27,996 nucleotides of DNA, from contig JBMFOP010000037.1 in assembly GCA_049969675.1 (NCBI GenBank), positions 1-27,996 of the forward strand, written 5' to 3'. A program made the position numbers and the translations under genes. Of the stretch, positions 17,807 to 27,358 are shown in pieces. This DNA is from Myxococcota bacterium. GTDB taxonomy: Bacteria > Myxococcota > SpSt-1050. The notes beneath the pieces are model-generated. The model saw nothing but the letters and a program-made list of their open reading frames with translations. It had not been told where the DNA came from and ran no database searches. Positions within the stretch are counted from its first letter, which is position 1, and the number at the start of each line of letters is the position of its first letter.

Positions 17807-18365
17807 ACATCTGTTCAAAACAATTTTTTGGATATGAAAATCTTGATAGGGTTAGATTATTTTATCAAACAAAAAGACTGAAAGCAGGCTTACTATGAAT
17901 AAGCATAGCAATATCTCTGAATATATCTATGATTGGCATAAGCATATTCTAAAAGATATCTTCTAGGAATATGTTTTATAAGGTGCAGGGAGTGAGGATG
18001 GCAGAGAGAGGATGAATGGATTTATCTATCAGGGTAATTCGTATACTTGCTATCCTATCAATTTGGACTGGCTCATTCATTAAGAGGTTCTTCTCTATCA
18101 ATTAAGGCAAAACAGAGGTATGAGATGAGACAAAATGGGAGCTAATAGTGCTTCTTACAAACCTACCTGAGCGACGGCAGACAGGCTTATTGTACCAGAT
18201 ATAAAGCAACCAAGATTGAATGGTATTTAAGTTGGACAGCATTTTAATAGATAGTGTATTGAAGAAAAGAGGATAACCTGATTTTAACAATATGGATTTA
18301 ATGGTCCAGAATCCTTATTTTACAAATATTTAACCTGTTAATTTGGAGAATTCTAGACAACAATG
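17807..18365 (+). mobile_element. Decayed, internally deleted IS4-family relic (copy D)
   Basis: 18048-18160 aligns with the reverse complement of ~127-236 and encodes EV*DETKWELIVLLTN. It then jumps via a 24-nt palindrome to VPDIKQPRLNGI* and the shared 3' end finishing TTCTAGACAACAATG. Confidence 0.75.
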
Positions 18366-18424
18366 GAATCCAAAAGATTGTCTCCTGAACCTAAATTATA
18401 GGCACCTTTGATTGGAGGCAAAAT

Positions 18425-18622
18425 ATGAAGAACATAAAGAATAAGAAATCAACAAAGAATAAGGTTTCATCAGCAGGTTCAAAGAAGAGAAGAGAGAAAA
18501 TCCAGAAAGGGACCGTTATGGAATGTATGGAGTGTGGGATGGTAGTGGTGGTGGATGAGGTATGCGGCTGTGAAGAGTATCATCCGATCGTCTGTTGTGA
18601 TGAACCGATGAGTATCAGATAG
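18425..18622 (+). CDS. Small Cys-rich desulforedoxin-like metal-binding protein with Lys-rich N-terminus
   Basis: RBS GGAGG. GTVMECMECGMVVVVDEVCGCEEYHPIVCCDEPM has the CxxC...CC pattern of desulforedoxin plus an extra CxC. Confidence 0.7.
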   Translation: MKNIKNKKSTKNKVSSAGSKKRREKIQKGTVMECMECGMVVVVDEVCGCEEYHPIVCCDEPMSIR

Positions 18623-18628
18623 ATCTGG

Positions 18629-19543
18629 CTATTCTTTTTTTAGATTACAGTTAGAGGATTGACAATTACTACAGGATTCATCACAGGGCTCAATATGAAT
18701 GGTGACCCTTGCAGATGAGATTGAGTTGTTGATATCATCCTCAATATGATGTGCAATATTATGAGCATCTTTGAGCGAGACCTCAGGAGTAAATTGCAGA
18801 TGAACCTCTACCATCTTATCACTTCCGGACTTTCTGGTGGCGAGCTTGTGAAATGAGACCAGCTTCCCAATATGCTCCATAATAATATTCTCTATTCTGG
18901 AATTGTCGTCCTCTGAAAGCCTTGTATCAAGCAGATCCTGTGCGGATCTTCTTGTAAGAGTATATCCGAGATATAGTATATAAATGGCAATTAATATTGA
19001 TATGATTGGGTCGAGGATCTCTAAATCTGTAAAATAAATTACTACAAGGCCAAAAAAGACACCAAGCGATGTATATACATCTACCGAGAGATGAGCCGCA
19101 TCAGTCTCTATTGCAATGGAATCAGTCTCCTTAGAGACCTTATATAGTTTGCGGGAGACAAAGAAGTTTACTATTGCTGAAAACGCCATTACATATATTC
19201 CTATACCTAATGATTCAATTCTGTGACCCGAGTAAATCCTTTGAATCGTCTCATAGAGGATATATACAGATGCTGCAATGATTAAAAGTGATTCAATAAA
19301 TCCGGAGAGATTTTCATATTTTCCGTGTCCAAATGGATGTTCTCTATCAGGGGGCTTTGAGGACTTTTTAACAGAGATATATGCTATCAGCGCCGCCAGA
19401 AGGTCTATCGCAGAATGAATCGCCTCAGAGAGTATTGAAACCGCCCCTGAGAAGTAAAACACAATCAACTTGGCAATAACAAGTGTCAGATTGGAAAAGA
19501 CCGAGAGCCTCGCCCACAATGTCTTTTTATTGATAGCACTCAT
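18629..19543 (-). CDS. Cation diffusion facilitator (FieF-like) with Cys-rich tail
   Basis: SEAIHSAID, PPDREHPFGHGKYE, DAAHLSVD, AHNIAH, IHIEPCDESCSNCQSSNC. Confidence 0.95.
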   Translation of the reverse strand: MSAINKKTLWARLSVFSNLTLVIAKLIVFYFSGAVSILSEAIHSAIDLLAALIAYISVKKSSKPPDREHPFGHGKYENLSGFIESLLIIAASVYILYETIQRIYSGHRIESLGIGIYVMAFSAIVNFFVSRKLYKVSKETDSIAIETDAAHLSVDVYTSLGVFFGLVVIYFTDLEILDPIISILIAIYILYLGYTLTRRSAQDLLDTRLSEDDNSRIENIIMEHIGKLVSFHKLATRKSGSDKMVEVHLQFTPEVSLKDAHNIAHHIEDDINNSISSARVTIHIEPCDESCSNCQSSNCNLKKE

Positions 19544-20343
19544 TTGGGCCGTCCCTGAGAATAATTTATATCACCTATTTTATATATTGCAATCCCGAGC
19601 GCCTTCCAGTTCTCATATTTCTCAAATGTAGAAAAATACGCTTTGAGTGATGTATCAGTTACCTTACCACCAAAATGTCTTGAGGAGTGCCGTAGAAATT
19701 TCTTATTGCCCTTCTTGATTACCATTCCGAGATGCGTCGTAAGATATGGTCTCTCTGAATCCTCTCTCAGCACCCTGATGATTGAATATTCTGGTATAGC
19801 ATTATAGATTTTATCAATATCTTTTTGTGGGATATAATATATCTCAACTTTATCTGCAATCAGATTGGATTTATCTATTCTCTCTTTATCAATATAAAAA
19901 TCTCTCTTTAATACTTTAGATATCTTCTTAAAATACCCTCTCCCGACCTCTCTGGTGATATCTATCAAATACCCTTTCAACTGGGCATTCGGAAACCACT
20001 GAAAGTCCGGAAGATGAAGTCTGCTCTGGAAATCAACCTTACCATCTTTATAACGGATGTTGACAATATGACTCTTAAACTCCTCAATATCCTTTGAATT
20101 TACAAATGCCAGTATATATTCAATAAATGTCATACAATCTATATATTTCAGATTAATCATCGGATCTCTGTCATACCCATCCTCTTCACCAATTGAGGAC
20201 TCCTTAAATGGCGTATCCATCAAAGCCGAACTTATTGTCTCAATCCTCTTTTCAAATACATAATTTTGAGATGAAGAGAATAGATTAGCCAGTTGATTTA
20301 AATCTATTGCAGAATAAAGAATAAGGGATAAATATATGAACAT
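19540..20343 (-). CDS. DUF1460 N-acetylmuramoyl-L-alanine amidase-like protein (NlpC/P60 superfamily)
   Basis: SIGEEDGYDRDP, catalytic-type IDCMTFIEYILA, IRYKDG...R.H, THLGMV, FLRHSS. Short hydrophobic N-terminus. Confidence 0.8.
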   Translation of the reverse strand: MFIYLSLILYSAIDLNQLANLFSSSQNYVFEKRIETISSALMDTPFKESSIGEEDGYDRDPMINLKYIDCMTFIEYILAFVNSKDIEEFKSHIVNIRYKDGKVDFQSRLHLPDFQWFPNAQLKGYLIDITREVGRGYFKKISKVLKRDFYIDKERIDKSNLIADKVEIYYIPQKDIDKIYNAIPEYSIIRVLREDSERPYLTTHLGMVIKKGNKKFLRHSSRHFGGKVTDTSLKAYFSTFEKYENWKALGIAIYKIGDINYSQGRPK

Positions 20344-22058
20344 CAGTTGAGAGAGGTTAATACAAATGGGACTTCAAATGCTATAGGGTCACCGGAGAAT
20401 TTCGGGAATACCCACTTCTTTATCTCCTTGATGATACACTCTTCAAACAAACTGCCACTTATCTGTTTTGAGAGTGAATCTACTCTTGAGACAGAGCCAG
20501 AGTTTTGAATATATATTCTAAATATTGCCTTACCTTCAAGTGAGCTGCTCGCCTTTAGATGTCTCTCATAACAATATTTTACCGAACCTCTATTCTTATT
20601 TATCACAGCCATTATTATATCTTCGCTCAATTTATCAACCTTATCCGGCATCTTTGAACTGAGGTCCAGATCCTCCCTCTTAACCTTTGAACTCAAATCA
20701 ACTCCCTCAATTTTGGCGTTTATCCCGAGATTCTGAAGCTTTGAATTTAGATCCAGATTGACTCCCTGCCCACCAGCAGCACCCAATCTATCGCGCCCCA
20801 GATTCTCATAAATAATATTTCCGCCCTCCACCTTTGCATTCTCTAAAATACTCGCAAGATCCGTCTCCTTCTTCTGAGTAATTGCCATTGCTATACTTCT
20901 CTTCTGCTCTTTTGTGAGTTTCTTGGTCTCCTTTATACCAAGCAGCGCCTTTTTGTATCTCTCCCTCTCCTCCGGCGTCATCTTTGAGAGCGTATCTTTA
21001 TCCATATCCTCCATCTCAAGGTCTATACCGCTCTTTATCTGAACTCCTACAGCCGAGAGAATGGGACCCAGATTTCTGATAAAGACAAATATAAAAACTC
21101 CGAGTAGCACAATAGCCATCATTATTCTAATCAATACCCTTTTACGTTTGGCAGATTCAGAAAGCCCGGCCTTCATAATAACTATTCGGGTATTCTCCCG
21201 CGGTGCCTCAGATGCCTCATCTGTAGAAGGTATCTTCGTCCAATCTGTCTCCTCCTCTATAGATTTTTTAACAGGTTGCTCTACCTCCTTTGAAAAGAAG
21301 TCTTCCTCAATGTTTTTATCCTTAGCCTCATCCATCCTGTCATCCGCGCTCTTCTTCTGTGGCTCTTCCTCTTTCTCTCCAAACTTCTTATCCAGTTCAT
21401 CCAGTCCCAAAGACTCAATTGCATTCTTCTCCTTCTTCTCTGATTCAGTCTCTTTATCAAAGAAGTGTTTGAACTCTGCACAGGTCCCTGCCTTCATCCA
21501 GTCCATCATACCGTCTTTCCAGACGAATGTCTTTGGAGTAATTACATTATTCTCAACAAGCTCCTTTATTTCATCATCAGTAAATGGTCCCTTCTGCTGC
21601 CCACCCCTTGAAAAGTACCACCCCTCAGATTCAACCTCTGTCTTCTCAGCAGAAGTCTCCTCTCCCTTCTCAACCCCCTTCTCCTGATTCTTCTTCATCT
21701 CCTCCTGCTGTATGGACCTCTTTGCTGGCTCCCCCCTTTTTCTTGAAGGCTGGCTCTCCTTTATAGACTGCTCCTTTTTTAAGCTCTCCCCCTCTAATTT
21801 CGGGCTTTTAATATATGGGGATGGCCTATCTACCTGAGGCATCTTTAAGAGAGATGGCTCTGTCTTTCTCTTCTCCAATGAATCCTGCACCAACTTCCTT
21901 TCAGGTTCTGTTATGGTCTTGGAAGAGGTCTGTTGCCTCTCGGGCCTAACAACAATCTTTGCCCCACACCTCTTACAGGTAAGTGTAATGACCTTCCCTG
22001 CAAACTTCTCATCAGGTAAGTTATATTTTGTATTGCAACTATTACAGGAAAATTTCAT
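20343..22058 (-). CDS. GltJ/AgmX-like protein: zinc ribbon - GYF_2 - TM - AgmX/PglI (TonB_C-like) C-terminal domain
   Basis: MKFSCNSC..Y.LPDEK..GK....CKRC ribbon, WYFSRGGQQKGPF...VWKDGMMDW (GYF_2), one TM helix, C-terminal VKYCYER.L...LEGK...ECIIKEIKKWVFP. Confidence 0.85.
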   Translation of the reverse strand: MKFSCNSCNTKYNLPDEKFAGKVITLTCKRCGAKIVVRPERQQTSSKTITEPERKLVQDSLEKRKTEPSLLKMPQVDRPSPYIKSPKLEGESLKKEQSIKESQPSRKRGEPAKRSIQQEEMKKNQEKGVEKGEETSAEKTEVESEGWYFSRGGQQKGPFTDDEIKELVENNVITPKTFVWKDGMMDWMKAGTCAEFKHFFDKETESEKKEKNAIESLGLDELDKKFGEKEEEPQKKSADDRMDEAKDKNIEEDFFSKEVEQPVKKSIEEETDWTKIPSTDEASEAPRENTRIVIMKAGLSESAKRKRVLIRIMMAIVLLGVFIFVFIRNLGPILSAVGVQIKSGIDLEMEDMDKDTLSKMTPEERERYKKALLGIKETKKLTKEQKRSIAMAITQKKETDLASILENAKVEGGNIIYENLGRDRLGAAGGQGVNLDLNSKLQNLGINAKIEGVDLSSKVKREDLDLSSKMPDKVDKLSEDIIMAVINKNRGSVKYCYERHLKASSSLEGKAIFRIYIQNSGSVSRVDSLSKQISGSLFEECIIKEIKKWVFPKFSGDPIAFEVPFVLTSLN

Positions 22059-22063
22059 AAATT

Positions 22064-23464
22064 CTATAAAATCTTGATAAGATAATCTTTAATCTTGTTT
22101 CTTGTCTCTTCATCAGGGGCCACATTGAGCGCCCTCTCCCACGCCTCAACTGCTTTATTCCTGAAACCCTTCTGCTGATAAAGAATTGCCAGTGATTTTA
22201 AGGCGGGCAGGAAATCTGGTTTGAGCTCTACTGTCTTTTCAAGTTCAGATATAGCCAGATAATCTTCTTTTTTGCTCTGATAACAGAGTGCAAGGCCATA
22301 GTGCAGTCTATAATAAAAGTTATCTTTCTCAATCCCCTTCTTAAACTGATATATTGCCCCATCTATATCCCCCTCCTTATAGAGCCGCGCTGCACTATTG
22401 TAGAGACTCTTTACATCCAGTGTAAGTTCCTCCGTAGTGGTACCGGCGGGTGGTGTTGCGCTCCTTAAGAGTGCCTTTATCTTATTTATAAGCATATCTA
22501 TTCTAAAAGGCTTCTCAATATAATCATCTGCCCCATGAGTCCTCTTTATATCCTCCATAAACCTCCATCCAGTATAGACAGCACTTACTATTATTATTGG
22601 AATAGATTTTAACCTCAAATTGGATTTGATTGACTTACAAATATCAAAGCCGTGCATACCCGGTAACATCGCATCAAGAATAATAAGGTCCGGGAGAATC
22701 TTCGGAATAGATCTATACGCCTCATCTCCTCTTGCAAACTCTACCGAATCAAACCCCTCTGAGACCACTATCTTCTTTAGAAGTGTCCTTATCTCCGGTT
22801 CATCATCCACAATACATATCAATGGCTTCTTTCTATCCTGATATGCCTCTTTAATATCTCTGCCCTTTGTAATATTTTCAATATCCTCCTGAATTGAAAC
22901 TACCTCAAATTTCTCTGGTGCAGTAACTTCTGGTTCAACTGTGATTTCAGCAATTGAAATCTCAATATGCTCCTCTCTTATGGCATTTGGTGATACATCT
23001 TTCCCTCTAAAATATCCATCCCGACTTATCTTGTATAGTCTATATGCCTCTTCAATAGATATTAATAGCATAAACTCAAGTGCAATATGAGGCATAACCT
23101 TCCTGCCAGAGATAAATTCAAGTTCTGAGATAATCTGAGTATTTTCCGGATCCCTCATAGCAATGATAACCTTATCCCCACTCACAGTGAGAGGCAGTAT
23201 CTGATTCTGCTTTGCCACATGATATGGGACAAGCGATAGATTTGAGAGTAGAATCTGAGATTTTCCAAGAACCACAGCAGGTATGCCATATTGATAACTC
23301 AAAGCCCTTGCCAGCACATCCTCTGAAAGTGCCCCCATCTTTAGTATTTGTGAACAGATTCTCAATCCATCCTGCTTCTGTCTCATAAGCGCATTGATGA
23401 TAATTGATTCATTTATCATCAATCTCTCAATTAATATCTTCCCTACGGGTTCTCTTCTTCTCAT
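22064..23464 (-). CDS. Response regulator with N-terminal MshEN/GSPII_E-N domain, REC domain and C-terminal TPRs
   Basis: Likely start MRRREPVGKILIE (ATG 23464, RBS GGAGAG). MshEN-like repeats and IAMRDP; REC IVDDE...LIILDAMLP...SA...KPF; TPRs LHYGLALCY, LAILYQQKG..AVEAWERAL. Confidence 0.85.
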   Translation of the reverse strand: MRRREPVGKILIERLMINESIIINALMRQKQDGLRICSQILKMGALSEDVLARALSYQYGIPAVVLGKSQILLSNLSLVPYHVAKQNQILPLTVSGDKVIIAMRDPENTQIISELEFISGRKVMPHIALEFMLLISIEEAYRLYKISRDGYFRGKDVSPNAIREEHIEISIAEITVEPEVTAPEKFEVVSIQEDIENITKGRDIKEAYQDRKKPLICIVDDEPEIRTLLKKIVVSEGFDSVEFARGDEAYRSIPKILPDLIILDAMLPGMHGFDICKSIKSNLRLKSIPIIIVSAVYTGWRFMEDIKRTHGADDYIEKPFRIDMLINKIKALLRSATPPAGTTTEELTLDVKSLYNSAARLYKEGDIDGAIYQFKKGIEKDNFYYRLHYGLALCYQSKKEDYLAISELEKTVELKPDFLPALKSLAILYQQKGFRNKAVEAWERALNVAPDEETRNKIKDYLIKIL

Positions 23465-23665
23465 CAAACTCTCCAAAAGGCTCTGATGGGTCTCTTTACC
23501 ATTATATTTTACATTATTCAACAGCAAAATTATTGAAACCCTTATCCTATGATACCAGACACAATTCTTTGATCTTAGAGTTGATTTGCAACAGCCCAAT
23601 TATGAGGGGGTGAGGAGATAAACAGAAGACTGAACAGATCCATAGCCACAACATTTTAATATGCT

Positions 23666-26248
23666 CTATTTTACTCTAAAAGTGAACTTATCATCGGATA
23701 CATCCACGATTACTGTCTGACTCTCTTTGAGTTCCTGAGCTATAATAAGTTTTGATATCTCATTTGTAATATACTTTGAAATGACCCTCTTAATCGGTCT
23801 TGCCCCAAAGGTCGGCTCAAAACCTAATTTTGCAATCAACTCCTCAGCCTTCTCGGTAAATCTAATAAAGATATTCTTCTCTTTGAGCATATTTTCAAGC
23901 CGCCTCAATTGAATTCTTACAATCGCTCTTATCTGGTCTTTTCCAAGGGAGTTAAATACAATTATCTCATCTATCCTGTTTAATAGTTCGGGTTTGAAAA
24001 ATCTCTTCACCTCTTCAATTACCCGTGCTTCAATACTCTCCCTTGATAGATTCTTTTCAAGGAAGTATTGTGAGCCCAGATTTGAGGTCATAATTATTAC
24101 AGTATTTCTGAAATCTACTGTCCTGCCGTGTGAGTCCGTAAGCCTGCCGTCTTCAAGAATCTGTAAAAGTATATTAAAGACATCCTGATGTGCCTTCTCT
24201 ATCTCATCAAATAGTATAACGGAATAAGGCCTTCTCCTGACTGCCTCAGTAAGCATACCACCTTCATCGTACCCCACATATCCCGGCGGGGCACCTATTA
24301 GCCTTGATACTGAGTGTTTTTCCATATACTCACTCATATCAATCCTTATCATCGCATTCTCTGAATCAAATAGAAATTCAGCGAGGGACCTTGTGAGTTC
24401 GGTCTTGCCAACTCCGGTGGGTCCAAGAAAGATGAATGAACCTATTGGCCTGTTTGGGTCAGAGAGCCCGGATCTACCTCTTCTGATAGCATTTGAGACC
24501 GCCTCAACCGCCTCATCCTGCCCCACCACCCTCTCCCTCAATCTCTCCTCCATCCTGAGCAGCTTCTTAGATTCACTCTCCATAAGCCGTGTAATAGGAA
24601 TTCCGGTCCAGCTGGCAACTACCTTTGCGATATCCTCATATCCTACCTCCTCTCTCAAGACCGCCCCATCCTTCTGAGCTTCAGAGAGCCTCTTTGAGAG
24701 CTCCTCTATCTTCTTCTGCTGTTCCAGAATCTTACCGTACTTTATCTCTGCCGCCTTATTTAAATCACCACGCCTTAGAGCATCCTGCTCCTCAATCTTT
24801 AATCTTTCATATTCCTCCTTTGCCTTTGAGATGGATTGTATCAGCTCCTTCTCCACCATCCACTTTGCCTTGAGAGAATCGGATTTTTCCTTAAGATTTC
24901 CAATCTCTTTATCCAGTTCATTCAGTCTCTCTTTTGCCTCCTTTGAATCATCTTTTAGAAGCGCCTGTCTCTCAATCTTTAATTGAATAATCTTTCGCTC
25001 AACCTGATCTATCTCAAACGGCATAGATTCAATCTCAATCTTTCTACGACTCATCGCCTCATCTACGAGGTCAATCGCTTTATCAGGGAGAAATCTATCT
25101 GAGATGTATCTATTTGAAAGGGTTGCAGCTGCAATAAGTGCGGAATCCTGAATCTTTACACCGTGGTGAATCTCATACTTCTCCTTCAATCCTCTCAAAA
25201 TTGCTATTGTCTGCTCAACATCTGGTGGATTTACAATAACAGGCTGGAATCTCCTTTCAAGTGCGGCATCCTTCTCAATGTGTTTACGATATTCATTCAA
25301 AGTAGTTGCACCTATGCAGTGAAGTTCGCCCCGTGCCAGCATTGGCTTTAACATATTTGAGGCATCCATTGCGCCCTCGGCAGAACCTGCTCCCACAAGC
25401 GTATGCAGTTCATCAATAAAAAGGATAATCTCTCCCTCCCTCGCCTGAACCTCCTTTAAGAGCGCCTTCATCCTCTCTTCAAATTCACCTCTATACTTGG
25501 TCCCTGCAATTAATGAGCCGAGGTCAAGCGCAAGAAGAGTCTTATTCTTTAATGTATCCGGCACATCTCCATTCACAATCCTCTGTGCAAGCCCTTCCAC
25601 TATTGCGGTCTTTCCTACGCCCGGCTCACCTATAAGTACCGGATTATTCTTTGTCCTTCTGGAGAGCACCTGCATAACCCTTCTAATCTCATCATCGCGA
25701 CCAATCACAGGATCAAGTCTGCCTCGCATCGCCTCCTCTGTGAGGTCTCTGGTAAACTTCTTAAGTACATTATATTTTGATTCAGCATCCTGATCAGTTA
25801 CCCTCTGATTTCCCCTTATCTCCACCAATGATTTAAGTATCTGCTCCCTATTTAAGCCGAGTTTCTTCAACCCCTCACTTAGTTCATCGTTAAAATCATC
25901 ATTCAATATAGCCAGCAGGATATGCTCTGATGATATGTATTCATCCTTTAGTGCCTTCATCTCCTTTGCCGCCACATCAAAGAGTCTATTCAACCTTCTT
26001 GAGAGATAAAGCTCAGTTGAGCCATGAACCACGGGCAGGGCGGCAATCCTTCTCTGAAGATATGTCTTTACTGTATCTACATTTACACCTATCTTCTGCA
26101 GCACCGGGACTATTACACTCTCCTGCTGATTTAATAGACTCAAAAGGAGGTGTTCCACCTCAAGCTCTGGATTGTTTTTCTCTTTTGCAATATCCTGAGC
26201 GGCGAAGATACCCTCCTGCGTCTTAATCGTAAATCTGTTGATGTTCAT
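23666..26248 (-). CDS. clpB: ATP-dependent chaperone ClpB
   Basis: Clp N repeats, two AAA+ modules ([16 protein letters not shown]), coiled-coil M domain, [26 protein letters not shown]. 860 aa. Confidence 0.97.
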   Translation of the reverse strand: MNINRFTIKTQEGIFAAQDIAKEKNNPELEVEHLLLSLLNQQESVIVPVLQKIGVNVDTVKTYLQRRIAALPVVHGSTELYLSRRLNRLFDVAAKEMKALKDEYISSEHILLAILNDDFNDELSEGLKKLGLNREQILKSLVEIRGNQRVTDQDAESKYNVLKKFTRDLTEEAMRGRLDPVIGRDDEIRRVMQVLSRRTKNNPVLIGEPGVGKTAIVEGLAQRIVNGDVPDTLKNKTLLALDLGSLIAGTKYRGEFEERMKALLKEVQAREGEIILFIDELHTLVGAGSAEGAMDASNMLKPMLARGELHCIGATTLNEYRKHIEKDAALERRFQPVIVNPPDVEQTIAILRGLKEKYEIHHGVKIQDSALIAAATLSNRYISDRFLPDKAIDLVDEAMSRRKIEIESMPFEIDQVERKIIQLKIERQALLKDDSKEAKERLNELDKEIGNLKEKSDSLKAKWMVEKELIQSISKAKEEYERLKIEEQDALRRGDLNKAAEIKYGKILEQQKKIEELSKRLSEAQKDGAVLREEVGYEDIAKVVASWTGIPITRLMESESKKLLRMEERLRERVVGQDEAVEAVSNAIRRGRSGLSDPNRPIGSFIFLGPTGVGKTELTRSLAEFLFDSENAMIRIDMSEYMEKHSVSRLIGAPPGYVGYDEGGMLTEAVRRRPYSVILFDEIEKAHQDVFNILLQILEDGRLTDSHGRTVDFRNTVIIMTSNLGSQYFLEKNLSRESIEARVIEEVKRFFKPELLNRIDEIIVFNSLGKDQIRAIVRIQLRRLENMLKEKNIFIRFTEKAEELIAKLGFEPTFGARPIKRVISKYITNEISKLIIAQELKESQTVIVDVSDDKFTFRVK

Positions 26249-26411
26249 CTCTTATTTTCTCCTTTCAATTAATATCCACTGGTATAAATTTAATCACAAT
26301 TTTTTCAAATACAAGTGCCCTTTATTAACTTAAAATCCCATAATTTTAATAACTATGTTGTTATGGGAATGTTAATGTTAAATTTTTGATATAGAACCCT
26401 TTGTTTTTTTG

Positions 26412-27010
26412 TTATCGAGCTAAACCCTTCCTGCACCCCAATACCACTCCAAGGTTTATCTGTGGCAAACTTTCTCCATCTCGCTTGTAACCCCATCCCA
26501 GATATTCTATTAATCCAGAGTATGAGGAAATGGAGGGAATATTAAAAATAATTGATTTTATCTCTCCCTGTGTCTTTATCCACTTACTAAAAAATCTCTC
26601 CCACTCCTCCTCCATCCCACCCAATCTCTCTAATAAAGTGCTTATCTGCTGAGAACTCAGCAAAATCCCATGCCGATATGTATCCTCTGCCCACGACCTG
26701 AAGAGATAATGAGGTCCTGCCTCTGAAACCTCAAAAAAGGCTAAAGATAATATATTCTTTGCCATATCCTCACCAGATACACTCTTTAGAACCTTCCATC
26801 CTCTTTGCTATATTCTCTAAAAGGTAAACATACCCGAAACACCTTGAATGGCGTGGTCTAATACCTTTCTTCGGAGTAATAATTTCTCCAGTTTTCAAGT
26901 CTTTCTTTCCGACATATTTTCTTTTTTGACTCGGTTGTTTTTTTATCGGGTACCAATAACTTTCAACCTCGTATAGATAAACAGATTCTCTGCTCAACAA
27001 GATAACTCAT
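26412..27010 (-). pseudogene. IS1634-family transposase pseudogene (frameshifted, truncated)
   Basis: ATG at 27010 (MSYLVEQRI) shifts into YLYEVESYW...QPSQKRKYVGK. The second piece has FNIPSISSYS...WGYKRDGESLPQINLG, with the first catalytic Asp apparently mutated to Asn. The C-terminal half is missing. Confidence 0.8.
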
Positions 27011-27358
27011 AGCTATTAAAAAAGGGATTTTAAGAAATCAAAGTCCTTGAAAAATCTTCTGTGCACTTTGTATAGAAGTTATAATTAAAAAATTTAACAC
27101 CTTATAAAACATATTTTTAGAATATCTCTTAGAATTTACTTACGCCAATCATAGATTCGTTCAAAAATGCTGCTATACTTACTTATAGGAGGCCTCCTTT
27201 CAGGGTCTTTGTTTTACAAAATAATTCTACTTTACTAAGGTTCCCATATCATAAAAATATTTTGTACATATGTGGTATTTTTTAACATATATCATTTCAT
27301 TATTAACACATAAAAGTTTTCTCTTGAATTCTCAAAAATAATGTATAATTAAGCTATT

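Noticed and set aside
23465..23599. 45-aa N-terminal extension of the response regulator in the ORF track
   Set aside because: No RBS at the upstream start, whereas ATG 23464 has GGAGAG and begins at the MshEN-like domain.
26249..26410. Heat-shock operator or promoter upstream of clpB
   Set aside because: No CIRCE or CtsR repeat is visible. CTTGTA-N14-GATTAAAT (26315-26288, minus) is only loosely sigma32-like in very AT-rich DNA.
27160..27250. AGGAGGCCTCCT palindrome and possible IS end
   Set aside because: Only a 12-bp palindrome, with no partner repeat or transposase frame to support it.
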